Source: Promethearchaeia archaeon
GTDB lineage: Archaea; Asgardarchaeota; Lokiarchaeia; Sigyniarchaeales; SOKP01
Direction of reading: 5' to 3'
NCBI GenBank assembly: GCA_029856045.1
Contig: JAHQWG010000016.1
Span: forward strand, 1-64,000
DNA: 64,000 nt
Below are positions 29,829-38,834 of this stretch, piece after piece. The notes under the pieces are model-generated. The model made no database searches, was not told the DNA's origin, and was given only the letters and a program-made list of their open reading frames with translations. Each line of letters opens with the position of its first letter. Positions within the stretch are counted from its first letter, which is position 1. Position numbers and translations under genes: made by a program.

Positions 29829-31541
29829 ATGACTAAATATAAAGAATGGGGAAAAATCCAAAGAGATTATACGATTAAAAAAAATAAAGTATATGAAGAT
29901 ATTAGTGTTGCTAAAAGCAAAAAACCTGAATCCATTGATTTACTAGCCCCGTCTAGGAAAGATTCTAAAAATGGAGTAATTAAAATTGGTAGTTCTTTAG
30001 TGGCAAAAGAATCTTTTTTGCTAAAAAGACCCAAATATAAAAAGAAACATAATATTTATTTAAGCGAAGAGGATCTACATAGACATATTTTTATTAGTGG
30101 TTTAACGGGAGCGGGAAAAACTAATTTCGTTAAAAATTTTTTATTTAATTTTATTAGAAAATTTAATATTAATTTTCTAATCATTCAAATAAAAAACGAT
30201 TTCGACTTTTTTAAGAATTATTTTAAAGATCTTGAAATATATTCTCCTGGTGAGAATTTTTCCATTGATATCTTTAATCCAGGTAAAACTGGTCCTTTAA
30301 TTCATGCTGAAAGAATATTTGAAATGTTTAAAAATACAAGGTTAATTGATTCTTCAAGTGAGTTTTCCCCACAAATGGAGAAAGTTCTTGTGGATGTTTT
30401 AACAGATGTATGTAGAAGTAAAGGTTTAAAAAAATGGCAAAACTTTTATGAAATTTGTAATGAATATTTTAAGAATCATAAACATGAAATTCCACAATTA
30501 GCACAAACATTAATAAGTATAAAAAATAGAATTCGAAGGTTTTCAGAAGGTCCTTTAAGTAAAGCATTTAGTAATGAAAATTTAATTCCAATTAGTAAAA
30601 TTTTAAATAATAATTGTATTTTGAATTTGAACTCAATCATTAGACTTGGAGGAGATAAAGAAGATATTTATTTCTTTTTAATGTTAGTTTTAAAAAATAT
30701 CTGGGATTATAATGTTTCAGCTGGTGTTTTTAATAAGTTAAAGCATCTTACAATTGTTGATGACGCAACATACTTTATGCCTAAGGATAGTTTTCAGAAT
30801 GATAAAATTAGCACGTATCTTGAAGACATTGCTTTGCTCCAGAGAGGTACGGGTGAAAGTTTAATGGCTATTGCCACAAGACCTGATATTAGTGAAAATA
30901 TTTTAGCTAATTCGGGTGTGGTTATAGGTTTTGAAACACATTTTAAGAAAAAAGATTTCGCTGAATTATTAAATTTACCCGAAGAGAAGTATATGTATCT
31001 TTCATTATTAGGAAAGGGACAATGCATAATTCGAACGCCCTCTATTAAAAATCCCTTTCTTTTACAAGTGCCTTGGGTAAAAGAGACTCACTCATCGAGA
31101 AAATCATCAAATGTAAAAAAGAAGGAAAATCATATCGATATGAAGGATAAGAGATTTAATAAAATCAATGTTAAGAGAATCAATAAGGCAATTAAAATTA
31201 AAGACCTCAATTATCGACTCAATTTTACTAGAAATTGTTTTCATTCAGGGGATTATTCAAGTTGTTATTTCATTTGTCTTGAAATTATTGACTATATTGT
31301 TGATCAACTTGTTTTTCGATTAAATTATAAGTTTGGAGGTGTTGAAAAACTTGTATTTGATATTGAACAAAATAATCTTTCAAATCGCATTAAAATTTAT
31401 CCCGAGTTAAAACTAATTTCAAATAATATTAAAAATACTAAAAAAAAAAAAATAATCTCACGTACCGATGTTTTAGAATTATTTGAACAAATTCGTAATA
31501 TTTTGAATAAATATAAATATGCCGAAATTAGCGTTCTTTAA
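29829..31541 (+). CDS. HerA/VirB4-like (DUF87-type) P-loop ATPase with C-terminal helical, possibly HEPN-like, domain
   Basis: RHIFISGLTGAGKT Walker A, LTIVDDA Walker B, L..GQCII motif. Confidence 0.7.
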   Translation: MTKYKEWGKIQRDYTIKKNKVYEDISVAKSKKPESIDLLAPSRKDSKNGVIKIGSSLVAKESFLLKRPKYKKKHNIYLSEEDLHRHIFISGLTGAGKTNFVKNFLFNFIRKFNINFLIIQIKNDFDFFKNYFKDLEIYSPGENFSIDIFNPGKTGPLIHAERIFEMFKNTRLIDSSSEFSPQMEKVLVDVLTDVCRSKGLKKWQNFYEICNEYFKNHKHEIPQLAQTLISIKNRIRRFSEGPLSKAFSNENLIPISKILNNNCILNLNSIIRLGGDKEDIYFFLMLVLKNIWDYNVSAGVFNKLKHLTIVDDATYFMPKDSFQNDKISTYLEDIALLQRGTGESLMAIATRPDISENILANSGVVIGFETHFKKKDFAELLNLPEEKYMYLSLLGKGQCIIRTPSIKNPFLLQVPWVKETHSSRKSSNVKKKENHIDMKDKRFNKINVKRINKAIKIKDLNYRLNFTRNCFHSGDYSSCYFICLEIIDYIVDQLVFRLNYKFGGVEKLVFDIEQNNLSNRIKIYPELKLISNNIKNTKKKKIISRTDVLELFEQIRNILNKYKYAEISVL

Positions 31542-31606
31542 GATTCAAATACCTATTTACATTTTAAAATCATTCGGACTAGATATTTCTTGGTTCGTAT
31601 ATTTAT

Positions 31607-32146
31607 TTATACTTTAAAAATTTTTTTTTGATTAAAGGTAAAAGTTCTTCTTGTTAAATGATATGGAATTTCTACTTTTTCAACATCAATTCTATTTTCT
31701 TTTAAAAAATCCTCATTTCCTAGGCATGTTACAACCTTTCCAATGAACAAAGTGTGATCTCCATAGACCTTAATATCGATTAGTTTACATTCTATATGAC
31801 TAATACATTCTTTTATTCGAGGGCATTTCACGTTTATTCCATCTAATGGTATTAAGCCGGTTTCTTTAAACTTATTTACTTTTTTACCTGAGGTTTGACC
31901 GCAATACATTACTTTTTTTAATATTTCCCTTGTAGGAATATTTATTGTGAATTCTCCTTGATCTTTAATTAAATTATGAGAAAATCGTGAGGGTGATACA
32001 GAAATACCTACAATCGGTGGTTTTTCACTTAAAATTAAAGTCCAAGCAAGGGGGATAATATTTGCAGGATAAGTAGTTATTAAAATTGTTTGTCTTGGAT
32101 ACATCAATCCAATATGATTTGTAATTGGTAATTTTTTAAAGCCCAT
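31607..32146 (-). CDS. Flavin reductase-like protein
   Basis: GEFTINIP, CGQTSG...NKF, GDHTLFIGKV. Confidence 0.88.
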   Translation of the reverse strand: MGFKKLPITNHIGLMYPRQTILITTYPANIIPLAWTLILSEKPPIVGISVSPSRFSHNLIKDQGEFTINIPTREILKKVMYCGQTSGKKVNKFKETGLIPLDGINVKCPRIKECISHIECKLIDIKVYGDHTLFIGKVVTCLGNEDFLKENRIDVEKVEIPYHLTRRTFTFNQKKIFKV

Positions 32147-32218
32147 ATGTATATAAATAGATTTATTTTCTTTAGTACTTTACTGACATTAATCTAATTT
32201 AAAATTGATTTAGAAGTT

Positions 32219-34060
32219 ATGTGCGGAATTTTTGGAGTTATAACAAATCAAGAGATACCAATTGGTAAAATAGCACTTGAAGGAATAAAACGGTTAGAAT
32301 ATCGAGGATACGATTCTGTTGGTATAGTTTCACAACATGAAGGAAAATTATTTATAAAAAAAGATGCTGGAAAAATTGATGAGGTACATAAAAAGCTTAA
32401 ATTGGACGACTTTCCAGGTAAAGTTGCAATTGCGCATACTAGATGGGCAACCCACGGTGCCCCGACAAAAGTTAATAGTCATCCACATACAAATTGTACT
32501 AATAATATAGCTGTAGTTCATAATGGAATTATTGAAAATTTCATGACACTTAAAAAAGAACTTATTCGAAATGGGCATAAATTTAGATCTGATACTGATA
32601 CCGAGGTAATTCCGCACTTAATTGAAGATAAAATGAAAGAAGGGTTGGATCTTAAAGAATCCATTATTGAGGTTTTGAAAATCTGTAAGGGTTCATATGG
32701 ATTAGCCATCTTACACTTGGATTTGCCGGATGCAATTATTGTTGTTAGAAAAGAATCTCCTTTAGTAATTGGGATTGAACCTGGAAAAACAACCTACTGC
32801 GCATCGGATATTCCTGCTTTCCTTCCATTAACAAGAATATGCTACATTTTAGAAGATTGTGAAATGGCGATCTTAAGAGCAGGAGAAGTAGATTTTTTTA
32901 ATATAAATACTTCAGAAAAGATAGAGAAGAAATCTCAACAAATTGAGTGGAGTATTGATGCAGCTGAAAAGGGTGGTTATAAACATTTCATGTTAAAGGA
33001 GATCTACGAACAACCTACTGCCTTAAGACAAACTTTAAAGATTTCAGAAGATGAAATGAAAACATTTGCTCAGATACTTTTATCTGCTGAAAATATTTAT
33101 ATTACGGGTGCAGGAACATCATTATTTGCATCATTGGCAGGAAAATTTATAATTTCAAGGTTTTTGGGTAAATTCATTCAAGCAATTGAGTGTTCTGAGT
33201 TAAAAATCCAATTAAAGGATTGCTTAAAAGAGAACTCAGTAATAATTGCACTTTCACAATCTGGAGAGACAATAGATACAATTGAAGCTATTCGCTGGGC
33301 TAAAAAAACACAAAATGTAAAAATTTTATCAATAACAAATATAGTTGGTTCTTCAATTACTCGATATTCAGATCATGTGATAATTACTCGAGCTGGTCCA
33401 GAAATTGGAGTTGCTGCTACAAAAACCTATGCTTGTCAAGTTTTAACTCTTGGATTAATATCCTTAGAGATTGCAAAATTGAGAAAGCAAGAAAATGAAG
33501 AGGAGATTCAACAATATGAAAAGGCATTAAAATCAACACCTCAAATTATTGAGGCTTTTTTGGAAAATAACATAAATCTAATTAAAAATACTGTAAAAAA
33601 TTTAGAAAAACATTCGAATTATTTCTTTCTTGCTCGAGGTATATCAATTGGGATAGCTAAAGAGGGAGGATTAAAGTTAAAAGAAGTTGCGTGTAGATTT
33701 ATTGAAGGATATTCTGCTGCTTCGGCAAAACATGGTCCTATTGCATTAGTTCGAAAAAATTTCCCAATTGTATTTATTGCACCACCTGATGAGACCTATG
33801 AGCGATTAATTGGAAATGTAATGGAGTTTAAAGCGCGAGGTGGTAAAATCATATCATTTGTTGTTGAAAGTGATAAAAAAATAACAGAGCTAAGTGATAT
33901 AACAATTAGAATACCTCAACCAGGTAATAAATATTTTAATCTATTCAGTCCAATTACTTTTATCCCTGCACTACAATTACTTGCTTATTATACAGCAATT
34001 TTTCATAATCTTAATCCAGATAAACCGATGAATTTAAGTAAGACTGTTACAGTCCATTAA
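32219..34060 (+). CDS. glmS: Glutamine--fructose-6-phosphate transaminase
   Basis: MCGI, LEYRGYDS, HTRWATHG, SQSGET, KHGP, K.VTV. Confidence 0.97.
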   Translation: MCGIFGVITNQEIPIGKIALEGIKRLEYRGYDSVGIVSQHEGKLFIKKDAGKIDEVHKKLKLDDFPGKVAIAHTRWATHGAPTKVNSHPHTNCTNNIAVVHNGIIENFMTLKKELIRNGHKFRSDTDTEVIPHLIEDKMKEGLDLKESIIEVLKICKGSYGLAILHLDLPDAIIVVRKESPLVIGIEPGKTTYCASDIPAFLPLTRICYILEDCEMAILRAGEVDFFNINTSEKIEKKSQQIEWSIDAAEKGGYKHFMLKEIYEQPTALRQTLKISEDEMKTFAQILLSAENIYITGAGTSLFASLAGKFIISRFLGKFIQAIECSELKIQLKDCLKENSVIIALSQSGETIDTIEAIRWAKKTQNVKILSITNIVGSSITRYSDHVIITRAGPEIGVAATKTYACQVLTLGLISLEIAKLRKQENEEEIQQYEKALKSTPQIIEAFLENNINLIKNTVKNLEKHSNYFFLARGISIGIAKEGGLKLKEVACRFIEGYSAASAKHGPIALVRKNFPIVFIAPPDETYERLIGNVMEFKARGGKIISFVVESDKKITELSDITIRIPQPGNKYFNLFSPITFIPALQLLAYYTAIFHNLNPDKPMNLSKTVTVH

Positions 34061-34076
34061 TTTTTTATAAATTTCA

Positions 34077-34946
34077 TTAACCTAAAATACTATTAATTTT
34101 AGAGGCTATAATACCTGGGGATTCTCCAAGAAAGCTCTCAGGACTAGCGAAAAGAATATAATAATACGGCATAAAAATAGATTCTTCAGAAGGTCCTACT
34201 CCAGAATTGACGATATATACCCATTTCCTTAAATCTCCAATTATTGATTCTCGATATTTCCATCGTAAAGTCTCTACTTCAGGAATATTTCCTAAATTTC
34301 TTAGGAGGTCTGCAACGGATTTAAAATTAATACCAAAAGAAATTATAGGGGATAAATCAAATGATGTAACACATACTCCTTCAAGTCCATAAACCTTCAT
34401 TTCATTTAAAAATTCATTAAAAACAAGTGTTAATTCATCTTTTTTTGCTTCAATTTGTTCTTTTGCTTTTGCATCTGTAATTATTCCTATAATTCTTTCT
34501 TTTTCTTCAAGATTTATTTTTTTTTCTGGACCAAGTGGGATTTTATTTTGAATTACCCAATCAAATATCATTTGAACTTTTTGTTTTACAGCCTTACTAT
34601 TTAGATAGGTTTCTGTTTGACATGTGATTAAAACATTGCCACTTTGTTTTTTTATTTGCTTTTCTTGGGATTTTTTGTTACTTTTTGTATTTTTACGTAA
34701 GGGAATAAATTCCAATACTTTTAGGTTTTTATCTAGAAGTCTTGCAAATTCAAAAATAGCTGAAACAAATCCAGAAGTCAATTCAAAACATTCGATTGGA
34801 TTGAATTCATTATTATGGTTAAATTCATGAGTTGAAAAATCGAAAAATCTTAGATAAAGAGGGATTCCTTCAGGCTGAGGTTCTATATCTAGATTATAAT
34901 ATGGATACCCAGTAGTCGTTATAACTTGAAGTGAGTAAATTGTCAT
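34077..34946 (-). CDS. Putative longin-like plus roadblock-like two-domain protein
   Basis: IYSLQVITTTGYPYY...LTSGFVSAIFEFA (Asgard longin-like pattern); C-terminal GVCVTSFDLSPIIS resembles the roadblock/profilin fold. Confidence 0.5.
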   Translation of the reverse strand: MTIYSLQVITTTGYPYYNLDIEPQPEGIPLYLRFFDFSTHEFNHNNEFNPIECFELTSGFVSAIFEFARLLDKNLKVLEFIPLRKNTKSNKKSQEKQIKKQSGNVLITCQTETYLNSKAVKQKVQMIFDWVIQNKIPLGPEKKINLEEKERIIGIITDAKAKEQIEAKKDELTLVFNEFLNEMKVYGLEGVCVTSFDLSPIISFGINFKSVADLLRNLGNIPEVETLRWKYRESIIGDLRKWVYIVNSGVGPSEESIFMPYYYILFASPESFLGESPGIIASKINSILG

Positions 34947-35058
34947 AGATTCTTAAAAATTTCTCAATTTTTCATATATTCAATATATACTAAAATTTGT
35001 TAATTGGATATAAATAATTATAGAAAAATTAATATTAAAAGAGATAGAACAAGTTTTA

Positions 35059-35622
35059 TTAACCCGAAATTGAAATTATTTCAGCACTTCTTACAATAAA
35101 ATTTGTATCAATATAGAGTAATAGAGCATGGTCTTGATGATTAAAAACTAAAGGAACAAGTTTTTTAGTTGAATTCTCGATTAAACTATTCTTTACATAT
35201 ATTTTAAGAGTTTTTTTACAATATTTACAAAATGCATCTATAAATCTTCCATTTTTACTTGGCACAATTTTTATAGCTTTCTCTACTACTGAGTTAAAAC
35301 CTTTAAAAAAATCATCGTAAATTGCGTCATAGGAATTTAAGATAGATTCTCCATAGATTTCAATAAATTTATCGGAGATATAATCCAAAATCGCCTCAAT
35401 TAACTGAAATTGAACAGATTTATCGGTAACAATCACAAAAACTATATCTTTTTTTTTGATAAATACAACTTTAGAGTCAGCTTTGTTTATATGATAATAT
35501 CTAGATTCTTGAGGAACATCTTTAGCGAGAGTATATTCAAAAAAAAAAGCTTTTGGTAAATTTTTTTGTTTCCAGGAAAAATAGGTGTTTTCGAAACATT
35601 CAATATTAATAAAATAAATCAA
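35059..35622 (-). CDS. Putative longin-like protein with C-terminal CxxC/HxxH domain
   Basis: IVFVIVTD...ILDYISDKFIEIY...FKGF longin-like pattern; CKYC...HQDH..LYID.NF.VR; start uncertain (may extend to 35652). Confidence 0.5.
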   Translation of the reverse strand: MIYFINIECFENTYFSWKQKNLPKAFFFEYTLAKDVPQESRYYHINKADSKVVFIKKKDIVFVIVTDKSVQFQLIEAILDYISDKFIEIYGESILNSYDAIYDDFFKGFNSVVEKAIKIVPSKNGRFIDAFCKYCKKTLKIYVKNSLIENSTKKLVPLVFNHQDHALLLYIDTNFIVRSAEIISISG

Positions 35623-35727
35623 ATTTGTATAATCTGGGAATTGTTTGGATATTTTTCAGCACCCTTAATTTCGCATTATATGAATAAAATATATTTTTTT
35701 AAGCTTTTATTTTTAATTCATTCTCCA

Positions 35728-38508
35728 TTATTCTAAAATAAGAACTGGTTTGCCAGGTAGTGCTTGTCCAGCTTTTTTATGTTCAATTTGATCTTCTAAA
35801 TGTATTTCAATGTTACACCCAAAATTATCTTGAAATGTTGGTTTTATTTCATTAAAAAAGTCCATTTCACCTTTTGATGTTAAGACTATTTTTGAATATA
35901 TCCCAAGATTTTGTAAAATATTATTAATAATTTGATTTATTTTTTTCCCAAATTTTTTTAATTCAGCGTCTTGCATAATTATTTTCATAATTTCTCCTTG
36001 ATCTTTAGATTTTTCAATCAATGGTATTAATTTTGAAAATAATTTGTATTTCCATTCGGTTGCAATTACAATTTTAATCAAAGAAATTTTTTGACCCTTT
36101 AAAATTTGTATTATATTTTTTATATCATCTATTGTGTTGTTCATTAAATTCCATTTAAAATCGTTTTCATCTGTTAATAGATTTTTGTTATGGGATGGCC
36201 AAGGACTTTTACTTAAGAAATCTTTATGACCAAGCAGTTCCCATAATTCTTCTGTTATGTGTGGTATAAATGGATGTAAGAGCAGAAGCAATTTTTCTTG
36301 ACATTCTTTATAGAGATGTTCAATAACACCTTTTTTCTTATATTCTTTCAAATTTGGAATGAATTGAACAATTTCATTTATCGTATCACGTAATGCGAGA
36401 TTATTCATGTGCTCTGTAGCTATTTTTATGAGTTTGTTTAATTTATATTCTATAAAAGTATCATTTATATTCCTTTGGTTTCTAATTTTTTCGACAGACT
36501 CTGTAAAAAGTGTCCATAAACCAGAGACAAATTTATATGCAAATCCAACTCCTTGATCAGACCATTCCAATCCTTTCTCTGGACTTGCTCCGAATAATAT
36601 GAAAAATCTAGTTGCATCTGCTCCATATTCATTCATAATTCCAATTGGATCAACGGTATTTCCTAGAGATTTGCTCATCTTAACACTTTTTAGAATATAT
36701 TCAGTTCCACATCGTTTACAAGTATCATCATGCATTTCTGCTTTCATCGCAAAGGTATTACATTTTGGACAATATGGATGTGCTTTATTAATCATACCAT
36801 GTGTTAATAATCGTTGAAAGGGTTCATCATGTGAATGTAACCCAAGATCACGTGCTACTTTTGTAAAAAATCTTGCATAAAGAAGATGCATAATTGCATG
36901 TTCGATTCCGCCAATGTATTGATCGACATTTCCCCAATAATCAACAATATCCTTTCTATATGGTAAATCATTTGTATGAGGATCACAGAATCTAAAGAAA
37001 TACCAAGAACTATCAACAAAAGTATCCATTGTATCAGTCTCACGCCTCCCTGGTTTACCACATTTTGGACATTGGCAATTAATGAAAGATTCAGAAGTTA
37101 TTAAAGGATTTCCTTTTCCAGTAAATTTAACATCTTTTGGTAATTCTAATGGCAAATTCTCATAAGGAACAGGCACAACTCCGCAATCATCGCAATATAT
37201 TATTGGTATTGGGCATCCCCAATATCTTTGACGGGAAATTAGCCAATCCCTTAACTTATAATTAACGGTTGCTTTACCCATCCCTATTTTTTCTAACTTT
37301 TTTGTTATCGAATTAATCGCGGTTCGATTATCCATCCCATCAAATTCTTCCGAATTTACTAGGATGCCATCTGCCACATAAGCTCTTGTCATTTTATCCG
37401 CATTTAATTCATAATCAGGTGGTTGAATAACAACTTTAATCGCGATATTATATTCTTTTGCAAATTCAAAATCACGTTGGTCGTGAGCAGGAACAGCCAT
37501 GACTGCACCTGCCCCGTATTCATAAATGACAAAATTTCCACTATAAATAGGAACTTTTTCTTTTGTCACTGGATTAATCGCATATTTGCCAATAAAAATC
37601 CCTTTTTTATCAACCTCAATATCCGTCCTTTCAAATTTATTCTGCGTCATAACATCAGTGTAAAAAATTTCGAAATCTTTTTCATATTCAGTTCCTTTAA
37701 CCCATTCGCGAACCCAAGGATGTTCTGGAGCAAAAACCATAAAAGTGACTCCATAAAGTGTATCAGCTCTAGTTGTAAATATGTCAATGGTTCTGTCTTC
37801 TCCCACAACTGGGAATTTAATTATCGACCCCTCCGACCTCCCGATCCAATTTCTTTGCATAACTTTAACTTTGTCAGGCCAATCAACATTATTTAAGCCA
37901 TTTAACAATTCTTCAGCATAAGATCTTATTTTTAAAAACCATTGGGTCAAAAATTTTTGTTCTACTTCTGAATTGCAACGCCAACAGAGACCACCTTGAA
38001 CTTGCTCGTTAGCCAACACTGTTACACATTGAGGGCACCAATTAATATAACTATCTTCTCGATAAGCTAGATCTTTTTCAAACATTTTCAGAAAAAACCA
38101 CTGATCCCATTTAAAATAATTTGGATCATGGCTATGAATTTCACGAGTCCAATCATAAGATAATCCTATCCTTTTTTGTTGATTTCTCATGATATCGATA
38201 TTTAAATTGGTCCATTCCTCTGGATTCACTCCCTCGTCAATTGCGGCGTTTTCTGCGGGTAATCCAAAAGAATCATATCCCATAGGATAAAGTATATGGA
38301 ATCCGCACATTCGTTTGTATCTAGTAAATGCATCGCCAACAGTATAATTACGTAGATGGCCTATGTGAAGTTTTCCAGAGGGATAAGGGTACATTTCGAG
38401 TATATAATACTTTTTCTTTTTTGGATCTTTTTGTATTTCGAAGATTTTTGCTTCTTCCCATTTCTTTTGCCATTTCTCTTCTATTTTTTGGGGGTTATAA
38501 TCATTCAT
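35728..38508 (-). CDS. leuS: Leucine--tRNA ligase, bacterial-type core with archaeal-type C-terminal domain
   Basis: MYPYPSGKLHIGH, FGLPAENAAI, FTTRADT editing domain after MQRNWIGRSEG, DWLISRQRYWG, KMSKS. Confidence 0.97.
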   Translation of the reverse strand: MNDYNPQKIEEKWQKKWEEAKIFEIQKDPKKKKYYILEMYPYPSGKLHIGHLRNYTVGDAFTRYKRMCGFHILYPMGYDSFGLPAENAAIDEGVNPEEWTNLNIDIMRNQQKRIGLSYDWTREIHSHDPNYFKWDQWFFLKMFEKDLAYREDSYINWCPQCVTVLANEQVQGGLCWRCNSEVEQKFLTQWFLKIRSYAEELLNGLNNVDWPDKVKVMQRNWIGRSEGSIIKFPVVGEDRTIDIFTTRADTLYGVTFMVFAPEHPWVREWVKGTEYEKDFEIFYTDVMTQNKFERTDIEVDKKGIFIGKYAINPVTKEKVPIYSGNFVIYEYGAGAVMAVPAHDQRDFEFAKEYNIAIKVVIQPPDYELNADKMTRAYVADGILVNSEEFDGMDNRTAINSITKKLEKIGMGKATVNYKLRDWLISRQRYWGCPIPIIYCDDCGVVPVPYENLPLELPKDVKFTGKGNPLITSESFINCQCPKCGKPGRRETDTMDTFVDSSWYFFRFCDPHTNDLPYRKDIVDYWGNVDQYIGGIEHAIMHLLYARFFTKVARDLGLHSHDEPFQRLLTHGMINKAHPYCPKCNTFAMKAEMHDDTCKRCGTEYILKSVKMSKSLGNTVDPIGIMNEYGADATRFFILFGASPEKGLEWSDQGVGFAYKFVSGLWTLFTESVEKIRNQRNINDTFIEYKLNKLIKIATEHMNNLALRDTINEIVQFIPNLKEYKKKGVIEHLYKECQEKLLLLLHPFIPHITEELWELLGHKDFLSKSPWPSHNKNLLTDENDFKWNLMNNTIDDIKNIIQILKGQKISLIKIVIATEWKYKLFSKLIPLIEKSKDQGEIMKIIMQDAELKKFGKKINQIINNILQNLGIYSKIVLTSKGEMDFFNEIKPTFQDNFGCNIEIHLEDQIEHKKAGQALPGKPVLILE

Positions 38509-38632
38509 ATTTCCTTTTATTCCATTCCATTGTTTTTATTAAAATTATCCACATTTTTTCAATATTATGAATTCTTTTTTTCAATGCTTCTTCGAACCTT
38601 TGAGCTTTAATTCTAAAAATATTTTCTGGATA

Positions 38633-38697
38633 TCAAGAGAGAACAAATCCATAAAAGTTATTAAAAGAAAAAAAGACTCAGGTTCATTCTCTCTTGA
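38633..38697 (-). promoter_or_regulatory. Putative attenuator hairpin enclosing a U-tract in the leuS leader
   Basis: TCAAGAGAGAA (38697-38687) is perfectly complementary to TTCTCTCTTGA (38643-38633); T7-C-T4 at 38674-38663 lies in the loop. Confidence 0.65.
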
Positions 38698-38698
38698 A

Positions 38699-38779
38699 TT
38701 AAAGTAATAACAATAATACCACTACTAAGAGTAGTACAAATAACAATATGTTTTGTACTTTTTTCATCAAGAGAGACAT
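38699..38779 (-). CDS. Putative leuS leader peptide MSLLMKKVQNILLFVLLLVVVLLLLL
   Basis: 26 codons with 12 Leu, ending in 5 consecutive Leu; same strand as leuS, 190 nt upstream; below the ORF-track size cutoff. Confidence 0.7.
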   Translation of the reverse strand: MSLLMKKVQNILLFVLLLVVVLLLLL

Positions 38780-38802
38780 AATGATAGATATTATAATTAC
38801 TA

Positions 38803-38810
38803 CTTTTAAA
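38803..38810 (-). promoter_or_regulatory. Candidate TATA box for the leuS leader transcript
   Basis: TTTAAAAG at -31..-24 relative to the leader ATG, compatible with a leaderless start; weak because the genome is AT-rich. Confidence 0.35.
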
Positions 38811-38834
38811 GATTATTATAAGGTCTATAGAAAT

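Noticed and set aside
32147-32218. glmS ribozyme upstream of glmS
   Set aside because: Spacer is only ~70 nt, AT-rich and shared with a divergent gene.
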